Of a stretch of DNA of 64,000 bases, positions 25,960 to 37,361 are shown piece by piece; positions within the stretch are counted from its first letter, which is position 1, and each line of letters begins with the position of its first letter. The notes under the pieces were generated by a model, which saw nothing but the letters and a program-made list of their open reading frames with translations, had not been told where the DNA came from and did no database searches. The stretch comes from Octopus vulgaris (taxonomy: Eukaryota). Made by a program: the position numbers and the translations under genes. The DNA lies in contig OX597823.1 of NCBI GenBank assembly GCA_951406725.2, positions 85,498,001-85,562,000 of the forward strand, read 5' to 3'.

Positions 25960-27395
25960 ATATATTGTTGTATTTGGGGATGGTCATGTTGCCAGTTTAG
26001 CCAATAAAAACACACACACTATATATTTGGTGTTAATTCGCTTCAGTTTTATTTTATTTTTTACATTATTTCTATTTCGACGAGAGTTCTTTCGTCATAT
26101 ATCTGTGACCTCATCAGTGGTCCTTTGCTTTCTTCTTTCTTATCTGTATGTCTTCCTTACTAACGATCAGCCATTTTGTATTTTGTATTCCTACTGTATG
26201 TGTCTTTATTTGCGCATGTGTATACACCTATGTGTGTCTATGTTTAGTAAGTGCGTGTGGTGGGGAGAGTGCCTATTTATACACGTTCGTTTAATTTGCT
26301 TTTATTTAGTTTTGTTCATGTGCTTATATCTATATTTTTATTCTCTTTTTTTTTGTATTTAATTTAATATAATTTTGTTAATGTATATAGTTATTTAATT
26401 CCATTTGCTTATCTGTGGATTGTATTCTATTTTGTTCATACTGTTATCAGTTTATGGGCTTCTTATTCTGTCATATGTTGTGGTGTGTTGGGGTGTGTGC
26501 TAGTGTTCCATTCTAGTTTCCTATTCAGACTAGGTTGGTCTTCTATTATGTGGCTAGCTTCTGTAATTTGCCTAAGCATTGCATCTGTTCTATGTATGGA
26601 CAACATTTTAACTTCTGTGTTGTTGAGTGAGCCCCCGTGTTCCTGCTCGGCGTGGTGGTGCAGAACCGATGAGATTTTCTTGTCCTTAAATTCCCTCCAA
26701 TGTCATTTACCCGCTCTCCTATACTCCGTGTTGTTTCCCATGCGTACGTCATTCTGTACAACTTATACTATATACTGCATATCTGACTTTACAATTTGTT
26801 TGTGGGTTAAATCTAAATACAATACAGTTCCTATCAGTGCATGGGATTCTGCTAAAGGATTCTACCGATTATGGATTTCATAGTTTTGCCTGGCCTTTCA
26901 ACAACCTTAATTCTTAGCTTAAGTTCGTCTAGGGACCTTCTAAAGCGGTACGCCAGTTCGCCTCTATGGGTGGTGTCGACGAACATGAGACTCGGGTATT
27001 TGTGGCTATCATACTATGAGTTGGCCTTCCCTATTTTCTTCTTAGTCCTTTCAATAGTGTTCCATGGCTTCCTCCTATAGAGTGGGTAAATCCCATTCCT
27101 ATCGTTACGTATGATAGCTTCAAATTTCTTCATACCTCCTTTATATACTCTGATACTTTCTTTATGGCTGTAACCTGAGAGCTGCATGCGGTGATTAACA
27201 TATTGTATGCGTCTCTTTAACTCTGTAGGGTCGCACATGCGAGACACATTTCGCATTCCTCTGATGAGGTCTGCCATCGATGTATTGAATTTGGCATTGT
27301 CACCGATAGCTGAGTTCCGGTGGATCAGGTATTCAGAAGCCATAGGTTTGGCATAGTGTGAAAGAAGGATTCGGGTTTCATTATTCTCAGGACCG
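25960..27395 (-). mobile_element. Penelope-like retroelement (Neptune-type), 5'-truncated: RT thumb, GIY-YIG endonuclease, 3' repeat
   Basis: HYAKPMASEYLIHRNSA..KFN..LIRGMRN..MQLSGY (RT C-part); NCKVRYAVYSISC..YAWETTRSIGER..SVLHHHAEQEH..LRQITEASHI..SLNRKLEWN (GIY-YIG, frameshifted); ends in (TA)n. Confidence 0.88.
26079..26122 (-). ncRNA. Type-I hammerhead ribozyme in the PLE 3' repeat
   Basis: GACCA CTGATGA g GTCA-cagatata-TGAC GAAA G-aa-C TC TCGTC; stem I pairs 4 of 5 positions; same strand as the PLE ORF. Confidence 0.75.
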
Positions 27396-27487
27396 CACAC
27401 GCGCGCGCACATGTATATATAGTATTATTTGATAGTAACAGATGGATTTCGTACTAGACTTTTATTACGTATATTTGTCTAAATTTT

Positions 27488-27488
27488 C

Positions 27489-27561
<73 letters not shown>

Positions 27562-27593
27562 ATTATTATTATTATTACTATTACTATTATTAT

Positions 27594-27626
<33 letters not shown>

Positions 27627-27637
27627 TACTATTATTA

Positions 27638-27714
<77 letters not shown>
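27488..27714. repeat. (ATT/GTT/ACT)n microsatellite
   Basis: Directly visible; gives the poly-I/poly-L ORFs. Confidence 0.97.
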
Positions 27715-27715
<1 letters not shown>

Positions 27716-27717
<2 letters not shown>

Positions 27718-28421
27718 TAGTATATTTTTATACCGAGCGCAGCTCTGTGTGCCTTGGGTATGTGCTGTGATTTGTTGTGATGCTCTGATGGTTACTGTAT
27801 GGAAAGTGTTCTGCGTAGGATGTGTGCAGTGCCTAGTAGTGCAATTTTCTGTATGTTATATGTGTTTGTAAGTCCTGGTGTTTTTGTTATATATTTGTCT
27901 GAATATTTTTTTATCATGCCTAATGTACCTATTATGGTAGGAATTGTTTCTGTTTTTACATTCCACATTCTGGTAACCTCTATTTCCAGGTCTTTGTATT
28001 TTGAAAGTTTCTCCATTTCTTTTAGAGACACGTTGTCATCTGCTGGTATTGATACATCAATTAGAAAGCATTTTTTTCTTCATGATCTCTGACAACTATA
28101 TCTGGTCTGTTGGCCGTAATTTCTCTATCTGTGTGTATTGGCATATCCCAGAGTATGGTTGCTTTCTCGTTTTCTGTGACCTTTTCTGGTGTGTGCCTAT
28201 ACCATCTTTTTTCTGTTGTTATTTCATAATGTTGGCATAGCTTCAAGTGTATATAGGTCCCAATTCTGTCGTGTCAGTTAATATATTCCTTCTTAGCCAG
28301 GACTGGGCAGCCAGAGATAATATGATTTATTGTTTCTTGTCCATCTCCACATATTCTGCAGTTACTTGTTATCTTTCTTTTTATTACATGTTTTTGGTAA
28401 TTTCTGGTGGGGAGGCTTTGG
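27716..28421 (-). mobile_element. R4/Dong-type site-specific non-LTR retrotransposon, 3' fragment (zinc knuckle + restriction-like endonuclease)
   Basis: CRICG..ETINHIISGCPVLAKKEYI.RHD; ILWDMPIHTDREITANRPDIVVRD..LIDVSIP.DDNVSLKEMEKLSKYKDLEIEVTRMW..IQKIALLGTAHILRRTL*; flanked by (TAA)n, a known Dong target. Confidence 0.92.
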
Positions 28422-28446
28422 TATTATTATTATTATTATTATTATT

Positions 28447-28994
28447 GAGTGAGAAAGCAGTGCATGTAATCAAAGTGACACTTGGGTAAAATATACGAAG
28501 CCCAGTACACCCGTCGTTACAAACCGTCTGATAAGGGTGCCACAAGCATATGCATCACAACCAAATGTGCACGACATGGTGATCTCATATCAAAATAGAG
28601 AGCACATGACCTTGCAGGTGGGGCCCAGTTAGAATTTTCATCTGGTCGAGTAGCTCATACCGCACAAAAAGTCACTAATTAAGAATTGTTTAAGGATGTT
28701 GAACAAACCACCCATGTTTCCAAAGGGGAATTATTCAAACCTCCAAGAATTCCTTTCAACACGCGGCTATGATGCTCCCCCCACTACTTCTGATTGTAAT
28801 CAGAGATGCACATATCATCAGCCACTAAGAGACATGCTCAACTGATTAAGGTCAAACAACTGACAATCAAATTTATGGTATTGATCAGAATATTTGCTGT
28901 AGCCCATCTTTTAACACCAAGACAAAACATTGTACATGATAACACTTCCAATCAGTTAAGTTCAGAAGCCATGAGAACCACTGTCTGGTACAGC

Positions 28995-28995
<1 letters not shown>
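28447..28995 (-). mobile_element. ~550-bp (TAA)n-inserted element, copy 3 (more diverged)
   Basis: Collinear with copies 1 and 2; shares a (TAA)n tract with the Dong-like fragment. Confidence 0.85.
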
Positions 28996-29050
<55 letters not shown>

Positions 29051-29172
29051 CATTATACATTTATACATACATATATATTATAAAATATATATATGTGTAT
29101 ATATATATATATGTGTATGCGAGTGTGTGTGTTTATGCATCTATGTATATACATATATGTGTGTATGTATGC

Positions 29173-29225
<53 letters not shown>

Positions 29226-29226
29226 T

Positions 29227-29288
<62 letters not shown>

Positions 29289-29298
29289 TGAGAGAGAG

Positions 29299-29436
29299 AG
29301 GCGCAGAAGTGGCTGTGTGGTAAGGCACTTGCTTCCCAACCAAATGGTTCCGGCAGGTGTCTTCTACTATAGCTTCGAGCCGACCAATGCCTTGTGAGTG
29401 GATTTGGTAAACGGAAACTGAAAGAAGCCTACAATG

Positions 29437-29475
<39 letters not shown>

Positions 29476-29680
29476 TTGTGTCTGTGTTTGTCCCCCGACT
29501 ATTGCTTGACATCGATGTTGGCTTGTTTATGTCTTTGTAGTATAGGATTTCGTCAAAAGAGGCGATAGAATATGTACTAAGCTTACAAAGAATAAATCCT
29601 GGAATCTATTTGTTCGACTAAAGTCGGTGCTCCATCATGGCCGCACTCAAATCACTGAAACAAGTAAAATAATAAAAGAA
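29299..29680 (+). mobile_element. SINE family A with internal deletion
   Basis: Family A head, internal (CA)n(TA)n and tail. Confidence 0.88.
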
Positions 29681-29707
29681 CAGACACACACGCACGCACA
29701 CACTCAA

Positions 29708-29751
<44 letters not shown>

Positions 29752-30346
29752 GATATTTTGCACACACATACAAGCATAGTGTGTGGGAATTCCGTGTATT
29801 CATTCAAATTGGCGAAAGATATTTTCGGAATTCTTCTGCTCTATAAGTACACAGACGCATACACACCTGCGTAACTTGTCACTTCTGCCTATCAGGCATT
29901 TATATCTTTTATTCTTTGGTTTCTTACGACTTAAATGTTTTCAAATATTTAGAGAGTGCCACTTATACCGCTCAATGCTTTGTTGCTATAAAACTTGATG
30001 CGTTAGTTGTCTTGCCGGTTTTTTTTTTATTTAAAATATTTTCTCAAGTGCAATCTAAAACTCGAAATACTTTGAATTATAAACAGACAGTGAAGTTTTA
30101 GTTTATCGACGTTGTTACATTAGTTTACTTCTGCGAGTATGGATTGCTATATTTCGCGTAATTTCTTCGACCGTTCTGTCACATTGAAGATGTCATAAAA
30201 TTGGGACAGTCGTGAGCCTCCATTCACATACACACAGGAATGTTCTCTACGGAAATGTTGTTGACAAATCGCGTATAACTGTGTACTACGACAGAAGGAG
30301 AGAGGTCAATCCTTGGGCATACTAAATAGAGAGTCAGCAGCTAACG

Positions 30347-30384
<38 letters not shown>

Positions 30385-30410
30385 TTAAGCAGCAGAAAAT
30401 TCAACAAAAT

Positions 30411-30448
30411 CTGTTACTCTGAGTTTCTCGTTGCCGTTCATCAGACAG
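30411..30448 (-). ncRNA. Near-intact minimal type-I hammerhead ribozyme
   Basis: CTGT CTGATGA aCG-GCAA-CGa GAAA CTC-a-GAG TA ACAG: stem I 4 bp (extendable aaaa/tttt), GNRA-capped stem II, palindromic stem III, GUA site; lies in an ~80-bp island between TA runs. Confidence 0.8.
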
Positions 30449-30470
30449 TTTTTGCTAGAATATATATATA

Positions 30471-30634
30471 TGTAAATATAATACGTGACAATTATTCGGT
30501 ATCTATGACTACGAGTTTCATATGTCAGAGTTTTATCATGGCTAGCGAATAATTGTCACATATTACATTTACAGATAAAGTCCTCTATTTACATTATATC
30601 GAGGTCTCTTTCATTATTTTGTTACCATTACTAT

Positions 30635-30640
<6 letters not shown>
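30471..30640. mobile_element. Short TA-flanked element with 28-bp inverted repeats around a degenerate HHR-like spacer
   Basis: tgtaaatataatacgtgacaattattcg ... cgaataattgtcacatattacatttaca; spacer on the minus strand has atgataa..GAAAC-tcgta-GTC. Confidence 0.55.
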
Positions 30641-30693
<53 letters not shown>

Positions 30694-30706
30694 ATGTAGG
30701 ATAAAA

Positions 30707-31629
30707 TTTTTTTCGAAAAAAAATTTTATCAGTTGCCAGCATATTAAAAAATATCTTTAAAGGTTAAATTTATAAATAACTTATAAAATAAGGGCAAAAG
30801 AAAAATTCTAATGCCAAATATGCCGAAAATAGACAAAATTGTCAATAACCATTATAATTTATGCGTTTAGAAAGAAGCCGAAAGAAATTTCTAAAAATTT
30901 CCGTTATTACCGTATTGGTCCCACTTTCAGAGTTAATTCATAAGAATTTTCTCCTTCTCAGCGATAAATACGTAAGACATAAATAAAATACTTACTCATA
31001 CCCATGGAAAAAGCACCACTAAATCCCGAGCAGTCCTAAGTACCCCAAATATATCCAAAATAGAAAATCTTCAGCACATCTCGAGTCACGTGTGATTCGA
31101 ACTAGAAACTTTCACAGAGTGAGAGAGGCCGGAAGTGAATACTATTAAATTTACATCTAATGAAGAAAAAAGTGTTTTTCGAAAAAAAATTTTATCAGTG
31201 GCCAGCATATTAAAAAATACCTTTAGAGGTTAAATTTATAAGTAGCTTTTAAAATAAGGGCAAAAGAAAAATTCTAATGCCAAATATGCCGAAAATAGAC
31301 AAAATTGTCAATAACCATTATGATTTATGCGTCTCGAAACAAGCCGGAAGAAATTTCTAAAAAATTCCGTTATTACCGTATTGGTCGCTATTTCAGAGTT
31401 AATTCATAAGAATTTTCCCCTCCTCAGCGATAAATACGTAAGACATAAATGAAATGCTTCCTCATACCCATGGAAAAAGCAAGCACTAAATCCTGAGCAG
31501 TCCTATGTACCCCAAATATATCCAAAATAGAAAATCTTCAGCACATCTCGAGACACGTGTGATTCGAACTAGAAACTTTCAAAGAGTGGGAGAGTACGGA
31601 AGTGAACGCTATTAAATTTACATCTAATG
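30707..31629. repeat. Tandem dimer of a ~466-bp unit
   Basis: ~30707-31162 and ~31175-31629 are collinear; cgtattggtc at 30911 and 31377 gives a period of 466. Confidence 0.93.
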
Positions 31630-31769
31630 TAGGTCCCGTTTCGAATCCCGTTTAAAACATTACAATATGTATGTATTTAAATGATTCTCACATCGTTAAA
31701 TTTTTTTGCATTTGGATGAATCAGACGTAAGGGACATAGACAAATTGGAATAAATCATGGTGAATGTAT

Positions 31770-31931
31770 GAAGTTTAAATAATAGACAGAGAACACCACT
31801 GGAAAATAGGAAAACGAAAAGAAGCAGCACATATGCTAGGACACAACAATCTCCTTAGCAGACCGAGTGCAGATATGAACAGCATATGGGAACTGATATT
31901 AAGGAAGGATAGGAGAATATTAGATTTATAA
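31770..31931 (+). pseudogene. Penelope-like (Poseidon-type) GIY-YIG endonuclease C-terminal fragment
   Basis: EV*IIDREHHWKIGKRKEAAHMLGHNNLLSRPSADMNSIWELILRKDRRILDL* fits the PLE C-terminal pattern I.D.E..W..R..KEA.H....L.R.......W. Not in the ORF track. Confidence 0.7.
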
Positions 31932-31961
31932 GCTCTTAAAATTCGCTCCGTAATTGCCAAC

Positions 31962-32032
31962 GGGCATATGGTGTAGTGGTTAAGAGCGCGGGCTACTAAC
32001 CCCAAGATTCCGAGTTCGATTCCAGGCAGTGA

Positions 32033-32035
<3 letters not shown>
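31962..32035 (+). other. tRNA-like sequence with Pol III A and B boxes (not a functional tRNA)
   Basis: TGGTGTAGTGG (A box), GAGTTCGATTCC (B box), ct-ACT-aa loop; acceptor and anticodon stems imperfect; followed by (AAT)n. Confidence 0.75.
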
Positions 32036-32070
<35 letters not shown>

Positions 32071-32174
32071 TAATAATAAGAAAGAATGAGAACCTTTACA
32101 AACGATATATCCGTCAAATATAAATAATGGACACTAGCTAAATTCAGACTAGATAGAAACGTGCATTCATTTCA

Positions 32175-32385
32175 TACTTTGGCACAAGGCCTGCAGTTTC
32201 GGGGTAGGTGTTAAGTCGATTACACTGACTGCAGTGTCCAACTGGTATTTATTTTATCCACCCCCGAAATGATGAAAGGCAAAATCGATCTCCCCGGTAT
32301 TTGAACTCCGGACGTAAAGACGGATAAAATGCATCTAAGCCTTTGGCCCGGCACGGTTATGATTCTGCCAGCACGCCGCTTCAAA
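32175..32385 (-). mobile_element. SINE family C monomer (short tail)
   Basis: Matches the family C pattern. Confidence 0.78.
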
Positions 32386-34741
32386 ATACGTATTCAAAAT
32401 GGCATATGAAATGGTTTGGGCTCCAATCGAAACCTTATCGCTTTTCACAATTCGAATAAATCCAAGTCCACTCATAAGGAATTGGATGTATTCCAATTTG
32501 TATCTGTCCCCTACGTCCGATTCATACAAATGCAAACAATTTAAAAGACGTGAGAAACATTTAAATAAATGCATATAGTAATGTTTTAAACGGGATTCGA
32601 AACTATGTCTCTGGGACTACTCGGTTATCGTTGATTCGATCTAACTCAGTGCAACTCACCAAGAGATAACCATCACTCTACAGTGTCTCTACACCTCTGA
32701 TTTAAACAAATGACAAAAATATCGAAAGCAGAAATCAAAAAAAAGCATTAAAGAAAATAATCAATTCAAACTAAAGAGAGAGAGAAAAAAAAACATCATT
32801 TGAAATCTCCTCTTCAATTGCATCTGTTTAGAGCAGAACAACTAATAAGCGTTAGAGCAGATCGCTGCAATCTCATTCCATCCACTACTTTTAATGTGAT
32901 TTTCAAAATCCTTTTATTACATGATACAATACATAAACACTATAGTGAATGAGGAAGAAACGCGGCAAAGAATTGTCTTTGAAACTGACTGCATCAGGGA
33001 ACACAAAACGCTTGTTCATTTAATGACAGCTCTTGTGAAAGAATAGCAAAAATCTTCCATATTTTACAGCCTCTAAAGTTTTTGTCTTTCGTTTCGCCTC
33101 CCACCTCTTTATTCTTAACTAAAGATTAGCTATGGATGTTGTTTTGTGTATGTGTGTGTATTTGTGCGTTTGTTTGCTGTAATTTTTGTTTGTTTGGTTT
33201 TTACTTGCCTTTCTTTTATTATTATTATTACTTTTTCTTTCCCGTTTATTTTCTTTTAATTAAAGATGCAGGGAATTTATTTTTCGCGTTTTCTTTGAAA
33301 TTCCAGCGCCAACAACCATGTGTTTATGTTAAAGAATTGCCTGAAAGACAAAGCGGAAGCAGGGACAAAGGATATCGGTTGCTGTAAGAGAAACGGTAAC
33401 TGTAACATTAACAGTATGGCTGTCATTGACACTATCATTAGCAAATAGCCGGGTGGAGGAGAGAGGGAGAAGCTAACGGAAAGAAAGAAAGAAAGAAAGA
33501 AAGATGAAGGAGAGGCAGATAAGAGGAAGTTACTGATGGTGCAATAATAGATCGGTACTGCAGAATATTTCAACTGTCGGGAGAATGTAGTGGTCTAGTG
33601 ATTTTTCAGTGGTTTAAAGTGTCGTTTTATCGCTTCATGTCTCTAGAAAATACAACTCATTTGATAGTCTTTTTCTTCGAACTAAAGGTAGTAAACTGAT
33701 GATTATTTATTTTGTTTGAAAGCGTATTTTTTTTCGCAAGTTATAAAACAAACAAAAACCAAAATGAAGAACAAAGAAAATAGCAATAAATAAATAACAA
33801 AAAAAAACCAACAACGGCGAAGGAGTGAGGAAAGAAAAAAAAACAACTATATTGCTGAATAGGGAAATAAAGGGCAAGAAAAATCTAGAAATAAAAAGAA
33901 GAGGCGGAATAAAAGAAGACGGGAAAGATTCGTCGTGGAACGGTGCCTCAACCACCATTTTCAAAGTTAATGTTCTGCTAATCCTAGTTTTATAACCCAA
34001 TATTTGCATCAGAACACCAGCCTTAGACATGAAAATCAATCAATGAATAATTCTAAAAAGAACACTTCAAAGTTTGTTTCCGTATCGGAATGTGATAGGA
34101 ATCACAAGGCGGTATCCATTAACAAGACGAGACTTCCCTGCTCTATATATTTTTATTGTTATTATTTTCTTTTTATTAAACTACAAGCCGCTAAGCAGGT
34201 TGTAAGGTTGGCCGAACATTTCATTTATATTTTTGTTCGTTTTATTCATACGACCATTTAGGCCTACTACAAGACTTGACAAAAAGGATAACATTATGTG
34301 TCAGCCGTTGACCTTAAGCAAACTATTAGACACTACAATATTTATTTATATTTCTGTATTGCAGGAGGCCTCTATTTCTTGCTTCATAACTTTCCCCACT
34401 TGATAAGATTTGAACCCGGTACTGCAAGTCAATAGAGAACTCGCCATATTCTTTATTTTCTTTTTACATTCTCTTTTACTTTTATTTATTTTATACTTGC
34501 CGGTAATTCGTCAATTAATTAGCAACGGAATTAAAATCGTTTAGAATTTTAAATTACACTTAATTTCGTCACAAAGCATACTCGCACACACACACATATA
34601 CCTATGTACATATTCACTTACGCACGCACATAATCACTCTCTCTCTCTCACACACACGCACACATGCATATATATATATGTGTGTGTGTGTACAGACAGA
34701 CATACATACATGTATACATACATACATGTATACATACATGC

Positions 34742-34825
<84 letters not shown>

Positions 34826-35407
34826 GTATACACACCCACACACACACACATATATATATATATAGCCATGCTTAGATACATCCTTCGAGATTTTGGTTTA
34901 CAGCCGACAATGTTGAACCTAACACTATTTTTAAGCTACTCTTTATTTTATCGATTTTTATCTCATTGAATTTCAAAGTTATGTGACTTAAAGGGACATA
35001 GCATAAACAAAATCAATTTTAAATTAGTGTAAACAAAAAGAACATTCAGATATACGGATTGCTTAATCCGGGCTTATATAAGAACACACCAATCCACTTA
35101 TATATAGCCGGAGTCCTTCATTCTTATTATATTCATTTCACGATCGGTAAAATTTGGGTTCAGTTTCCGTTGGCAACTGATCAACGCTAGAAGTTGTAAC
35201 CATACCAGATTAATGGCGATCGCATTTCTCAAATGTACTTGAGTAGAAAGGATTATCGGCAAGATAAGGAATACTCTGAGCGCTATTCCACAAATTTTTC
35301 CAAGTTATTCTAAAAGAAAGAGGAGAGGGGTCGAGTTCATCTGACACAACGGGCCACCGGGATTCGGATTTACGACATCGCGAGCATGAACCATATATCT
35401 TTAGCCA

Positions 35408-36765
35408 TTAAGCCATGCGCCTTCTCCCGAGAGTATCTACCGCAGTAAATAACTAGTACTTTATTTCATCTGAGGAGATGAATTTTAAAGCTGACAAACT
35501 AACTTCTGTTGTATTCGAACTCAGGTTGAAAAGAAACAGAATACGCAAAATTTCTTCCATCGCTGCAAGAGTTCTGTTCACTAGCTACCCCTAATGTTGA
35601 CTAGTACACTAAACAATTACAAAATATCATACTTATATCGTAATGAAAGCATTGTTCTTAAAGTTCTGTTTTTCTTTTGAAAGTCACCGAATAAAACGAA
35701 AATGTCTTATTTAAATTTATCTCTAAATATTTTCGGTATAAATATCCTTTTCTACTCTAGGTACAAGGCGTCAATTTTTTTTTTTTGGGGGGGGGGAGCA
35801 GTCAAATAGATCGAATCCAGTAGGCAACTGGTAATTAATTTATCGACCTGGAAAGGATGAACGGCAAAGTCGACCTCGGCGGAATTTGAACTCAGAACGT
35901 AACGGCAGACGAAATACCTATTTCTTTACTACCCACAAGGCGCTAAACAAAGAGTGGACAAACAAGGACAGACAAACGGATTAAGTCTATTACATCGACC
36001 CCAGTGCGTAACTGGTACTTATTTAATCGATCCCGAAAGGATGAAAGGCAAAGTCGACCTCGGCGGTATTTGAACTCAACGTAACGGCAGATGAAATACC
36101 TATTTCTTTACTACCCACAAGGCGCTACAAGGACAAACAAGGACAGACAAACGGATTAAATCGATTACATCGACCCCAGTGCGTAACTGGTACTTAATTT
36201 ATCTACCCCGAAAGGCTGAAAGGCAAAGTCGACCTCGGCGGAATTTGAACTCAGAGCGTAACGGCAGACGAAATACGGCTACGCATTTCGCCCGGCGTGC
36301 TAACGTTTCTGCCAGCTCGCAGCCTTTTTTTTCGGTCTAAAGATCACCATCAAAAACTTTGATTTAATATTTTACTGTTACATCACGGCAAAAGGGTAAG
36401 CAGGAAAGATGAAGAGAAGTTTTTTGAGCCGAAGGATCAAACGTATATACGACGTTTGTACCACAATGAAGAACTCAGTAACAGAAGAATGATGGTTGCA
36501 CTTATTAACATTACACCGTGTTAAGCTATGCGCCTTCTCCCGAGAGTATCTACCGCAGTAAATAACTAGTACTTTATTTCATCTGAGAAGATGAATTTTA
36601 AAGCTGACAAACTAACTTCTGTTGTATTTGAACTCAGGTTGAAAAGAAACAGAATACGCAAAACTTCTTCCATCGCTGCAAGAGTTCTGTTCACTAGCTA
36701 CCCCTAATGTTGACTAGTACGCTAAACAATTACAAAATATCATACTTATATCGTAATGAAAGCAT
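35408..36765. repeat. 245-bp near-identical direct duplication (35408-35652 and 36521-36765)
   Basis: ttaagc.atgcgccttctcccgagagtatctacc...tatcgtaatgaaagcat occurs twice with few substitutions. Confidence 0.92.
35745..36325 (-). mobile_element. SINE family C head-to-tail trimer
   Basis: Three units, junctions gaaatac|ctatttc at ~35917 and ~36099 (period 182). Confidence 0.9.
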
Positions 36766-36875
36766 AGGGGTACATATACCCCTATGTGTGAACTATTATT
36801 TCAATTTATATTTCCAAATTTTCTTTAGAGGAGTATCAAAATGAATTACATAACATTAAAATGTTACATTTCATT

Positions 36876-36924
<49 letters not shown>

Positions 36925-37361
36925 TTCTCTTACTCTTTCTTTAAATCTTAGTATACTTCTGTATCTATCTGTTTCTCTGTCTCGTTAAACAGCTTTTTGT
37001 TAGTTGGGAAATAAATATACAATGAAATACGACCCACTTGTATTCGTTAAACTAATAATGCTAATAAAACATTCCCCACATAACTTCGACAATAGATATA
37101 TTTATTTTATGTGTTTATTTATTGTAGATAGCATCATTTTACTTGTATATATGAAGGAAATATAATTTTCTTTAATTACATCAGTTATTTCTACGAGAAA
37201 TCATCAATAAAAAACGATAACCATCGAATGATTTCGACTTACTAAAAATATTAGTCACATCTACCTCAGTTCAAGGTCTTCTGCTCTTTATAAATTGGAT
37301 TCAATTAGTCCATCGTAGTGGCCCTTATAAATGTAGAGACTTACATAACTGTATATCGTTA

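Larger units (their letters stand above)
31630..32619. mobile_element. Putative non-autonomous DNA transposon with ~120-bp TIRs and nested insertions
   Basis: 31638-31756 is the imperfect reverse complement of 32485-32603 (gtttcgaatcccgtttaaaacattac.../...gtaatgttttaaacgggattcgaaac); outer gtccc/gggac also match. Confidence 0.75.

Noticed and set aside
27442-27871. Poly-Ile/poly-Leu membrane-protein ORFs
   Set aside because: (ATT)n microsatellite.
31962-32035. Functional tRNA-Ser(ACT) gene
   Set aside because: Acceptor and anticodon stems are broken, there is no long variable arm, and it is followed by (AAT)n rather than a T-run terminator.
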